From: Planctomycetota bacterium
GTDB lineage: Bacteria > Planctomycetota > Planctomycetia > JALXBF01
DNA length: 39,045 nt
NCBI GenBank assembly: GCA_026991575.1
Contig: JALXBF010000166.1
Location: 1-39,045 of the forward strand
Reading direction: 5' to 3'
A program made the position numbers and the translations under genes. Below the pieces are notes generated by a model. The model worked only from the letters and a program-made list of their open reading frames with translations, was not told the origin of the DNA and did no database searches. Shown one piece after another: positions 28,500-37,359 of the stretch (position 1 is the first letter of the stretch; the number at the start of each line of letters is the position of its first letter).

Positions 28500-29795
28500 A
28501 TGAGTGCTGGGCCGTCTCTTGGACTTGTCGTCCAGATGGGGCTGAAGAGCCTCTGGATGCACAAGGTCCGCAGTCTGCTTGCGGGCCTGGGCATCGTTAT
28601 TGGCACGGCCGCCGTCATCTCGCTGCTGACCATCGGTGCCGGGTCGCGCAAGGAAGCGCTGGAGGCAATCAAGGCTTTGGGCGCGACGAACTTGATCGTC
28701 GCTAGCGTCAAGCCGCCGCAGGATTCGTCTGACGCGACCCGTCGAGCGCGTATCCTGAAGTACGGCCTCACCTGGGAAGATTACGAACGCTTCGCGGCCA
28801 TCCCGACCGTGTGGCGCGCGCTGCCAATCCGGGCGTTCCCAGCCGAGATCTGGTACCTGGAAAACAAGTTTGACGGCCGTGTCGTAGCAACCACACCGCG
28901 CTACGCGGAAATGAATCGGCTCCACCTCTTATCGGGCAGGTTCCTGACGGACCGAGACGAGGACACGTTCGATAACGTGGCCGTGCTCGGCTTTGACGTC
29001 GCGCGCGAGCTGTTCCGATATGAGGATCCGATCGGCAAGTCGATCAAGATGGGGAACCACTACTATCGGGTCGTCGGTGTCATGGACTATCGGATCCCGT
29101 CGGCTGGTATCGGTGGTAGTCTGGCACGCGAGGACTACAACAAGGACGTCTACATCCCGCTGTCAACGTGCCGCGCGCGGTTCGGAGCGTGGATCATCGA
29201 TCGACGTTCTGGTCAGTTCACTGCTGAGGAGCTAGAGCTGAGTCAGGTAACGTTGTCGGTGCGCGATGTTGATGACGTGCGCCCGACGGCGGCCATTCTG
29301 AAAACGCTCCTAGAAAAGTACCACGATCAACCCGACTATCAGATCACCGTCCCGCTGGATCTGCTTGAGGATGCCGAACGGACTGCCCTCTTATGGGCCG
29401 TTTTCCTCGGGGTTGTTGCCGGTATTTCGCTCCTGGTTGGCGGCATTGGCATTGCCAACATCATGCTTGCCACCGTCATGGAACGGACCCGGGAAATCGG
29501 TATTCGACGGGCGATCGGTGCCAAGCAACGGCACATTGCGCAGCAGTTCCTGGTCGAAGCAGTCATTCTGACGGCCATCGGCGGCGTGGTCGGCCTGGTG
29601 CTCGGGGTGGTGACACCCGAACTCATTGCGTTCGTGGCTGATGCGCTGTTCGATTATCAGGTGCGGACGCAGATTCTCTGGTGGAGTTTGCCGATGGCAC
29701 CGGCCATTGCCGTGGTCGTCGGCGTGCTGTCCGGACTGTACCCGGCCCGGCGGGCCGCGCTGATGGACCCGATCGAAGCGTTGCGGCACGAGTAG
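28500..29795 (+). CDS. MacB/FtsX-family ABC transporter permease
   Basis: RSLLAGLGIVIGTAAVI, a periplasmic domain, ISLLVGGIGIANIMLATVMERTREIGIRRAIGA and GLYPARRAALMDPIEALRHE. Confidence 0.95.
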   Translation: MSAGPSLGLVVQMGLKSLWMHKVRSLLAGLGIVIGTAAVISLLTIGAGSRKEALEAIKALGATNLIVASVKPPQDSSDATRRARILKYGLTWEDYERFAAIPTVWRALPIRAFPAEIWYLENKFDGRVVATTPRYAEMNRLHLLSGRFLTDRDEDTFDNVAVLGFDVARELFRYEDPIGKSIKMGNHYYRVVGVMDYRIPSAGIGGSLAREDYNKDVYIPLSTCRARFGAWIIDRRSGQFTAEELELSQVTLSVRDVDDVRPTAAILKTLLEKYHDQPDYQITVPLDLLEDAERTALLWAVFLGVVAGISLLVGGIGIANIMLATVMERTREIGIRRAIGAKQRHIAQQFLVEAVILTAIGGVVGLVLGVVTPELIAFVADALFDYQVRTQILWWSLPMAPAIAVVVGVLSGLYPARRAALMDPIEALRHE

Positions 29796-29843
29796 CCGAA
29801 CTGGTTCCGCTCACCAGGTAGCACGAAACAAGAAGACTGTGCT

Positions 29844-30674
29844 ATGACCGTACAGCCAAGTCAGATCACCGAGCGAGAACGGCAGCCTGACGCAGGTTTG
29901 CAGACCTCCGGAGAGCCCGTCGTTCGCATCGTCGACATCCACAAGGACTATTACCTAGGTAGTGTCGTCGTGCCGGCGCTGCGCGGGGTCTCGCTGGAAG
30001 TGTACCCCGGTGAGTTCATCGCGATCATGGGCGCGTCCGGTTCGGGAAAATCGACGCTGCTAAACCTGCTTGGCTGCCTGGACCGCCCCACGCGTGGCCA
30101 GTATTACCTGGGCGGGCGAAACGTCGCAAATCTCAGCGATGATGAACTTTCTGAGATCCGCAGCCGCTACATCGGGTTCATCTTTCAGTCCTACAACCTC
30201 ATTCCTCAGCTGACCGCGTTCGAGAACATCGAGGTGCCGCTCTATTACCAGGGTAACGTAAGCCCTGAGTCGAAGCAGCGGGTTGTCGAGCTGGCACGTC
30301 TGGTAGGCTTGGAGCGGTGGCTAAACCACAAACCAACCCAACTCTCCGGTGGCCAGCAGCAGCGCGTTGCGATTGCCCGCGCATTGATCAACGATCCGTA
30401 CATCATCCTAGCCGATGAGCCAACCGGGAACCTGGACACGAGCACCAGTTACGAGATCATGAAACTGCTCGTACAACTCAACGACATGGGGAAGACGATC
30501 ATCATGGTCACGCACGAACCGGACATTGCTGCATACGCCAAGCGTGCGGTGCACATGCGTGACGGTAAGATCATCAAGGACGAGCCGATAACGCAGCGAC
30601 GGGTCACTTCAGATGGCCCCGTGCCGGCCGGCGCACAGCTCACCGCCAGTGCGGGCCAGGACGCGGGCGAGTAG
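29844..30674 (+). CDS. MacB/LolD-type ABC transporter ATP-binding protein
   Basis: [44 protein letters not shown] and VTHE. Confidence 0.96.
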   Translation: MTVQPSQITERERQPDAGLQTSGEPVVRIVDIHKDYYLGSVVVPALRGVSLEVYPGEFIAIMGASGSGKSTLLNLLGCLDRPTRGQYYLGGRNVANLSDDELSEIRSRYIGFIFQSYNLIPQLTAFENIEVPLYYQGNVSPESKQRVVELARLVGLERWLNHKPTQLSGGQQQRVAIARALINDPYIILADEPTGNLDTSTSYEIMKLLVQLNDMGKTIIMVTHEPDIAAYAKRAVHMRDGKIIKDEPITQRRVTSDGPVPAGAQLTASAGQDAGE

Positions 30675-30725
30675 AGGGTGCGACTGGATGCTGCCCGCCG
30701 GTGAGCTTCCAAGTCTGGGGCTGGC

Positions 30726-31931
30726 ATGAAGCAGAGTACAGCGTACACCAACGCCGCTGTCCCGCCGCACGACGGACACACCGTCACGGCGCACGGGGCG
30801 CGGCGCCGCCGGTTGGTTTTTCTTGTGACCATCGCCGTACTGATTCCTGTGTGCGGCTGGCGGCTCCAGCAATTGGCCCGGCAACCGGCCGCCACCGATG
30901 GTTCGGTGGATCCGCGCTGGTTGCTCCGCTGCTACACGCGAGCACGCCGGACGTTTGCTCCAGGTGATCGCACCGGTGTCCTCCCAGGCCATCTCTACGG
31001 ACGACCGATTCTGTTGGCTGTCCAGCTTGCTCGGGATCCTGACGCCGGGTACTGGCCGCTCGTGGCGATGGTTACCGGTGCTGATTTTCTAGCCGCCCAT
31101 CGTGCGGAGGCTGCCGTGGAATTGGTGCGACGCTACGCTGATCGGAAGGAACATCTCGTCCGCCTTTTCCTCGGCACCTCTGATCAGTCGTTTTACGACC
31201 CCCGGCCGATGTACCAAGCGCTGTTACGCGAGAGCTCGCTGGACGATCTGCTTCGTGCCGTCATCTGCTACAGCTACGCGGAATGGCTGGCGCGCTACCA
31301 GCCACGTTCCGTTGCGCGCGACGAACAGATCCGACGGCTCTGTCAGACTGCCTTGGAGCATGGCGCCGAGAAGGTGCGCCATCCGATCTTTCCCCCGTAT
31401 ACGCTGGCGGATATGGCATCCATGCTGGTGCGGGAAGTGGACGCTGTGCGTCCGGGTAAGCCGGCCCCCTCGATTCGCGGCGTCGATCTGGCCGGTCGCA
31501 AGATGAGTCTCGAGGACTTTCGCGGAAAGGTCGTGCTGCTGTACTTTTGGGGAGCTTGGTGACCGGTTTGCGCCGCGTGGCGCGACTGCGAGCGGTCGCT
31601 CGCTGAAATGTTCCCCCCGGAGAAGGTTGCCCTATTGGGAGTGAACAGCGACCCAGACCCCAGGGTTGCTGCTGCCGACCTGGTCCGGGGATGGCGCTCC
31701 TGGTGGGACGGCGGTACCACAGGCCAGATCGCACGTGACTACGCTGTGGTTGTCTACCCGACGCTCTTTGTCATTGACCAGCAAGGCGTGATTGTGGCGC
31801 GGTTTGAGAAGAACCAGTTCGACCAGCGGCTGTGTGACCGCGTTAAGAAACTGGTGCAGGACCTCTTGGACCGCCCGCCCGATCCGGCTGCGGCCGACGC
31901 GGTCCAGGGCAACTGCATGGAGGGCAGCTGA
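30726..31931 (+). CDS. TlpA/redoxin-family thiol-disulfide oxidoreductase with in-frame TGA (UxxC, probable selenocysteine at codon 279)
   Basis: ORFs 30726-31562 and 31608-31931 are in the same frame and separated only by TGA at 31560-31562. Readthrough gives PGKPAPSIRGVDLAGRKMSLEDFRGKVVLLYFWGAW-U-PVCAAWRDCERSLAEMFPPEKVALLGVNSD...YAVVVYPTLFVIDQQGVI, a complete thioredoxin fold (401 aa). Confidence 0.85.
31560..31598 (+). promoter_or_regulatory. SECIS-like stem-loop immediately 3' of the in-frame UGA
   Basis: Upper stem GCGCC (31570-31574)/GGCGC (31579-31583) with a GCGU loop. Lower stem UGACCG (31560-31565)/CGGUCG (31593-31598). Confidence 0.5.
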
Positions 31932-32344
31932 AAGCGGTTTCTGTTCGGCTGGCGGCCAGGTCACTTGCAGTCCCTCGTGCCCGAGCGCCCACGTCCGACA
32001 TCCCCTCAGACCCCGTCCGACCGATGCCTGTGGCTACTTTGGCCCTCCTGGGCCTGGCACGTCAGGCCGGTGCTCGCTACGGTCTGAGTGGGGACGGGCC
32101 AACGAGCCGAACCTTGCTTGGCGCCCTCATCAGACGTGCTATCGTTGCTTGACGGTAACCACGGCGATCGACCCACCGCCGTCGGACCTATCTGGCGCCA
32201 CCCATCCCCGTTTGTTGCCCTTGTGCGACTGAAGTACATCGGTTCCTGCCGCGGCGTGCCGTATGTGGTCCGGTAGTGCCGTGTCAGGGACCGCGTGACC
32301 GCGAGCGTAACGGGCGACCAACCAGAGGCGAGGTGAGGAAGAGC

Positions 32345-33742
32345 ATGCTTACCAGCGTGATTCATGCCACAGCCAACACGCCTGCATCCGGTGGCGGCAG
32401 CAGTGCGTGCAGCCTGCGTGAGGGCACCTTGCGGCGCTTTGCCCGTCAGATCCTCGATGTGGTGCCCGTCAACGTGATGATCGCTGATAGCCAACTGCGA
32501 CTGCGTTACCTTAACCCAGCGGCCATCGCCGCCTTCCAGCAGATTCGACACCTGCTGCCCGTACCGCCGGAGCAGATGATCGGGCAATGCATCGATATCT
32601 TCCACAAGGATCCCCAGCGGGTGCGCCGCATCCTGGCCGACCCTAGCCGCCTGCCCCATTCGGCTCGATTCACCATCGGGGACGAGACGATTGCCCAGAC
32701 GGTCTACCCCCTGCGCGACCGCATGGGACGCATTGTCGGCTACGTGTCGATCTGGCGGCTGGCTACCAAGGAGCTGGAAGCGGAGCGTTACCAGCGCACC
32801 CTGCATGAGGTGCTCAGTCGTGTGTCCCGACTTGCCGCCGTTATCACGGAGTCCGCTGAGGAGCTAAGCCGGGTCAGTCGCGAGATGTCGGCCAACGCCG
32901 GTGAAACCTCAACACAGGCGCAAGCGGTCTCCGAGTCCGCCCGACAGGTCAGCGCCAGCGCGAACGCGGTGGCAGCCGCCGTGGAACAGCTGCGCGCGAG
33001 TATCGAGGAAATTGCTCACAATGCGGCGCAGTCCACGCGGGTTGTTGGCGAGGCCAATCGGATAGCGGATCAAGCCAGCAGGACCGTGTCCCGTCTGGGC
33101 GAGTCAAGCGCTGAGATTGGCGAGGTGGTCAAGATGATCACATCCATTGCCCAGCAAACCAGCCTGCTGGCGCTGAACGCCACGATTGAAGCGGCTCGGG
33201 CAGGCGAAGCCGGCAAAGGCTTCGCGGTGGTGGCTAATGAAGTTAAGGAGCTCGCCAAGGAAACGGCGCAGGCCACCGAGGAGATCGGGCACAAGGTGCA
33301 CAGCATACAGGAAGCAACCGAGGCAGCAATCACGGCGATTGATCAAATTACTTCCATCATGAAACAGGTCGACGAAGCTTCGACCACGATTGCCAGCGCT
33401 GTCGAAGAGCAATCGATCACGGTCCAGGAGATCAGCCAGAACGTGGCCCACGCGGCGCAGGGCACGCAGCAGATTGCCGACAACACGGGCGCGGTCGCTC
33501 AGCTGGCGGAAGGGGCCAGCCGTGGTGCGGCGACCGTGCTTGACGCGGCCGCCCAGCTGACTGAGCTGGCCCAGGAAGTGGACGCCCTGCTGCGCAGCGT
33601 TCAGACGACGCGCAATGGCGTCGGGCAGAGCAGTGGCGCGAAACGGGCCGACTTACGGCAGGCGGCTGAGCCGCAGAAGGAACCGGCGGGCTATGCGCTC
33701 GGCACCGCGGCGCGCGAATTCGCCGCCAGCGCGAACCGGTAG
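32345..33742 (+). CDS. soluble methyl-accepting chemotaxis protein with Aer2-like PAS domain
   Basis: PAS domain [16 protein letters not shown]...IDIFHKDP...YVSIW and the MCP hairpin [37 protein letters not shown]. No TM segment. GAGG precedes ATG 32345. Confidence 0.93.
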   Translation: MLTSVIHATANTPASGGGSSACSLREGTLRRFARQILDVVPVNVMIADSQLRLRYLNPAAIAAFQQIRHLLPVPPEQMIGQCIDIFHKDPQRVRRILADPSRLPHSARFTIGDETIAQTVYPLRDRMGRIVGYVSIWRLATKELEAERYQRTLHEVLSRVSRLAAVITESAEELSRVSREMSANAGETSTQAQAVSESARQVSASANAVAAAVEQLRASIEEIAHNAAQSTRVVGEANRIADQASRTVSRLGESSAEIGEVVKMITSIAQQTSLLALNATIEAARAGEAGKGFAVVANEVKELAKETAQATEEIGHKVHSIQEATEAAITAIDQITSIMKQVDEASTTIASAVEEQSITVQEISQNVAHAAQGTQQIADNTGAVAQLAEGASRGAATVLDAAAQLTELAQEVDALLRSVQTTRNGVGQSSGAKRADLRQAAEPQKEPAGYALGTAAREFAASANR

Positions 33743-33914
33743 CGGCTGCTACCGGTCCCGGCGGAGCCGTACGGCACGTGTCTTTCCCGGTGCCTCTACC
33801 CAAGCGTATGCAGTCAAGCCGGGTAGGCACAAACCGGTAGCTGGCGGCTTCGTGATGCCGGTCCGATAAGGGCATCACGCTGCGCGGCACGTGGGCCACG
33901 AACTGTCGCCTTCT

Positions 33915-33948
33915 CGTGCCACGGGCAGGTTCACCTGCCCGTGGCACG
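33915..33948. repeat. perfect 16-bp inverted repeat (REP-like palindrome)
   Basis: CGTGCCACGGGCAGGT-TC-ACCTGCCCGTGGCACG, intergenic. Confidence 0.8.
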
Positions 33949-34248
33949 GGGCCTGCGCAGCCGCCAGAGTACCACTAGGCTCCTGTCCCGCGATCAGACG
34001 ACGTGAGGCAACGTTGCGTATCGCCGCTTGGTCGCTACGGACCGTCCTCGGGCGCAAGGGCGCGCCTCTCGCTGGGGCTTCAGGCTCGCTTAGCCCTACT
34101 GCTCCCCTCGGTTGCTTGCTCGCGTGCAGGTGGGCACGGAACTCCCCCTGTTTCGCTCCTGCGCATGTGCCCGCCTGGTGGCTCTCATGGCGATAGAATC
34201 AACACACGCGACTGCCATTGGTCGTACCCTGTGAGAGGCAGCGACTCG

Positions 34249-35301
34249 ATGATGCGTCAAATCCTCCTGGTATTCGTGTTGGCCGCAGGCCTTGGCGCCG
34301 GGCCGCTGCACGGGCAGACGGACCCGCTGCGCATCGTGGTCACGGACATGGAAGGGGGGGCAGGGACGCTGATCGTGACGCCGGACGGCGAGAGTGTCCT
34401 GATCGATTGCGGCTCCCATCGATCCGATGCCCGTGACGCGAAACGTATCGCCGACGCAGCGCGCCGGCTGGGCGTTGCCAAGATCGACCACCTGGTCATC
34501 ACGCACTTTCATCGCGATCACTGGGGTGGCCTGGGGCAGCTTGCCGAACGCATCGCCATTGAGCGGTTCTACGACCATGGCGTGCGAGACCGGCTACCGG
34601 AGGATCCGCAGTACCCACGGTACCTGGCCGTCTATCGCCGCCTTAGCGCAGGGAAGCGACGTACGTTGCGGCCCGGTGACAGCATTCCGCTGCGCGGCCA
34701 TGTGCGACTTCGCTGTGTTGCTTCGGACGGTGAGGTGCTGGGTGGAGGTAGCGACGAATGCCGGCGGCATCCGGCGGCGCCACCGGATCCGACGGATAAC
34801 GCTCGCAGCATTGCCCTCGTACTGGAACTGGCCCGCTTCCGGGCGTTTTTCGGTGGAGACATCACTCGCAACGTCGAACACGCGTTGGTCTGTCCAGTGA
34901 ACCGCGTGGGTGAGGTCGACCTGTACCAGGCTGACCACCACGGGTTACAGTCCAGCAATCACCCGCTGTTGCTTGAGCGGTTGAATCCCACGGTCGTCGT
35001 GATGCATAACGGAAAGCGCAAGGGGGGTGGCAAAGCGACGATGACGGCGTTTCGCCGTGCCCGTGCATTGGAAGCGATCTTCCAGCTACACAAGAGCTTG
35101 CGGTATCCAGCGTGGAACGTGCCTGATCGGTTCATCGCGAACGTGGCACCCGACGCATCGGGCACCCCGATCGTTGTTTCGGTAACGGCACGGCAGGATC
35201 GGTTTTGCGTGCGGCTCGGCTTTGACGGTTCCCCCGTGTCGTTTAGGATCCGCCCTGGGAAACAAGCTCCTGTCGCGCAAGCTCCCGTCGAACAACCATG
35301 A
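34249..35301 (+). CDS. secreted metallo-beta-lactamase-fold hydrolase (ComEC/Rec2 C-terminal-like)
   Basis: Signal peptide, DMEGGAGTLIVTPDGESVLIDCG, THFHRDHWGG (HxHxDH), NARSI, GGDI and DHHG. GAGAGG precedes ATG 34249. Confidence 0.88.
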   Translation: MMRQILLVFVLAAGLGAGPLHGQTDPLRIVVTDMEGGAGTLIVTPDGESVLIDCGSHRSDARDAKRIADAARRLGVAKIDHLVITHFHRDHWGGLGQLAERIAIERFYDHGVRDRLPEDPQYPRYLAVYRRLSAGKRRTLRPGDSIPLRGHVRLRCVASDGEVLGGGSDECRRHPAAPPDPTDNARSIALVLELARFRAFFGGDITRNVEHALVCPVNRVGEVDLYQADHHGLQSSNHPLLLERLNPTVVVMHNGKRKGGGKATMTAFRRARALEAIFQLHKSLRYPAWNVPDRFIANVAPDASGTPIVVSVTARQDRFCVRLGFDGSPVSFRIRPGKQAPVAQAPVEQP

Positions 35302-36209
35302 CCGCTACGAACGTCGGTCCCCTGCCGGGTGCTTCACGACCTGTGCCTTTTTTTATCCGGCCGCTGCGACCGTTGCCCGACCGGCCGGCGTTTCGCGCTG
35401 CGCTGTTTGACTTCGATGGCACGCTGTCGTTGATTCGGGGGGGCTGGCAGTACGTGATGATCCCGATGATGGTCGAGGTGCTGCGCACCGAGACGGCGAC
35501 GACGGAGAGTGACGAGCAACTGGAGGCAGTCGTCACGGACTTCGTGGTCCGGCTCACCGGACGGCAGACCATCTACCAGATGATCCAGCTCGCCGAGGAG
35601 GTGAAGCGGCGCGGTGGCCGGCCCCGAGATCCGCTTGAGTACAAGCGCATGTACCATGACCGGCTGCTTGAACGTATCCGGCACCGCCTGGAGGGCCTGC
35701 GCAACGGTACGATCTCGGTCGAAGAGATGACGTTGCCGGGCACGTTCGACTTCTTGCGTCTGCTGCGCGACCGCGGCGTGACGCTGTACCTGGCGAGCGG
35801 CACCGACCTGGTGTACGTCCAGCAAGAGGTAGATTTGCTCCAGCTCCGTCCGTTCTTCGAGCCGCACATCTACGGAGCGTTGGACCAGTACCAACTCTTT
35901 TCGAAACGCAAGGTGATCCAACACATCCTTGCCACGGAACGGCTCTCCGGAGAGCAGCTCCTTGGTGTCGGGGATGGTTTCGTTGAGATCGAGGAGGTGG
36001 CCAAGGTCGGTGGCATCACCGTTGGCGTTGCCAGTGACGAGCTCTGCCGCGGTGGGCTCTCGGAGTGGAAGGTGACGCGACTGCGCGAGGCAGGCGCTAA
36101 CCTGATCGTGCCGCACTACGGGGCGCCCGAGAAGCTAGTTGCTTACCTCTGGAACGAACCGGGGGCAAGACAGCTGTGTACGACGAATTCGACCGAACCA
36201 AGCTGCTGA
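35298..36209 (+). CDS. HAD-family hydrolase (phosphatase)
   Basis: Motif I LFDFDGTLS, motif II LASGT, motif III SK and motif IV GVGDGFVE. ATGA overlap with the MBL gene. Confidence 0.9.
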   Translation: MTATNVGPLPGASRPVPFFIRPLRPLPDRPAFRAALFDFDGTLSLIRGGWQYVMIPMMVEVLRTETATTESDEQLEAVVTDFVVRLTGRQTIYQMIQLAEEVKRRGGRPRDPLEYKRMYHDRLLERIRHRLEGLRNGTISVEEMTLPGTFDFLRLLRDRGVTLYLASGTDLVYVQQEVDLLQLRPFFEPHIYGALDQYQLFSKRKVIQHILATERLSGEQLLGVGDGFVEIEEVAKVGGITVGVASDELCRGGLSEWKVTRLREAGANLIVPHYGAPEKLVAYLWNEPGARQLCTTNSTEPSC

Positions 36210-37165
36210 TCAAGCCACTGGCCGAACGGCGACACGACCTGACCGTTGATACGCTGCTCGATCCGGCCACGGTCCGGCCCGTTCTGGAAAGCGAACCGCT
36301 GGCGGCCATCGCTGGTCGAATCCGCCGGGCTGCCGAGCTGCGACGCCGGACCGATGGCCGCCAGGGGGCGGTGATCCTGCTGATGGGGGCCCATGTGCTG
36401 CGCCGCGGCGCTGGTCCGTTGATCATCGACCTGATCCGTCGCGGACTTATCACGCACGTGGCGATGAACGGTGCCGGTCCGATCCACGAGTGGGAGTTGG
36501 CGCGTATCGGGGCAACGACCGAGAGCGTAGCCCGCTACATCCGGAGCGGTGAGTTCGGGCTGTGGCGCGAGACCGGCGAGCTGAACGACGTGATCCGACA
36601 GGCAGCCGAGCGGGGGATGGGGCTAGGTGAGGCGATCGGCAAGGCGATTGAGGAAAGCAATTGGCCGTGGAAACACACCAGCGTGCTGGCGGCAGCGTAC
36701 CGTCACCGGATCCCGGCAACGGTCCACGTCGGGATCGGCTACGACATCATCCACGAGCATCCCAACTGTGACGGCGCTGCCCTGGGTGCGACAAGCTACC
36801 GCGATTTCCTCCGGCTGGCCGCGTCGGTGATGAAGCTTGAGGGGGGAGTGCTCCTGTGCGCCGGGACCGCTGTCATGGGGCCTGAGGTCTACCTGAAGGC
36901 CCTGGCCATGGCCCGGAACGTGCTGCACCAGGAAGGTCGCCGGCTGTGCCACTTCACCACGGGGGTCTTCGACATTCAGCCGTTGCCGGAGGGAAGACCA
37001 CAGGCAGAACCTCCCCGGGACGATCCACGCTACTACTACCGGCCCTGGAAGACGGTCCTCGTGCGCACGGTTGCCGACGGAGGAGAAGGCTACTACGTTC
37101 GCGGCGACCACCGTGACGTCTTCAGCACACTGTACGCATTGTGCGTGCGTTCAGGGGAGCCGTAG
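36176..37165 (+). CDS. deoxyhypusine-synthase-like fold protein of unknown function
   Basis: VILLMGAHV, LITHVAMNGAGPIHEWE, GLGEAIG, SVLAAAYRHRIPATVHVGIGYDIIH, GTAVMGPEVYLKAL and GDH. Overlaps the HAD gene end. Confidence 0.7.
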   Translation: MYDEFDRTKLLIKPLAERRHDLTVDTLLDPATVRPVLESEPLAAIAGRIRRAAELRRRTDGRQGAVILLMGAHVLRRGAGPLIIDLIRRGLITHVAMNGAGPIHEWELARIGATTESVARYIRSGEFGLWRETGELNDVIRQAAERGMGLGEAIGKAIEESNWPWKHTSVLAAAYRHRIPATVHVGIGYDIIHEHPNCDGAALGATSYRDFLRLAASVMKLEGGVLLCAGTAVMGPEVYLKALAMARNVLHQEGRRLCHFTTGVFDIQPLPEGRPQAEPPRDDPRYYYRPWKTVLVRTVADGGEGYYVRGDHRDVFSTLYALCVRSGEP

Positions 37166-37359
37166 CGTGCACGTACTCCCCCTCCATCACGTTGGTGAAA
37201 GCCCGTGGGTGGGGGACGCAGGCAACGGAGGGCGGCGTTCGGATAGCAAGCCCTTGCATTAAGGGCCTAATTGCCCGTCCGTCCGAGGCCAGCTCTGGAG
37301 GGGCCTCTGTTGCCGCAAGGCCTGCCTGCTCCGAGGTGATGCCAGGGCTCGGCTTCAGG

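Noticed and set aside
31608..31931. Separate 107-aa thioredoxin-like gene
   Set aside because: It has no active site of its own and no clear RBS. It is the in-frame continuation of the upstream ORF across the TGA.
30726..31931. Pseudogene interpretation of the redoxin
   Set aside because: Disfavoured but not excluded: the only lesion is a TGA precisely at the catalytic Cys position, and both halves look intact.
31932..32344. c-di-GMP riboswitch or sigma28 promoter upstream of the chemoreceptor
   Set aside because: I found no GEMM-type consensus and no convincing TAAA-N15-GCCGATAA.
37190..37225. GAAA...GGGACGCA resembling part of a c-di-GMP-I riboswitch
   Set aside because: The GCAAAC element and second stem are missing, and the site lies between convergent 3' ends with no gene to regulate.
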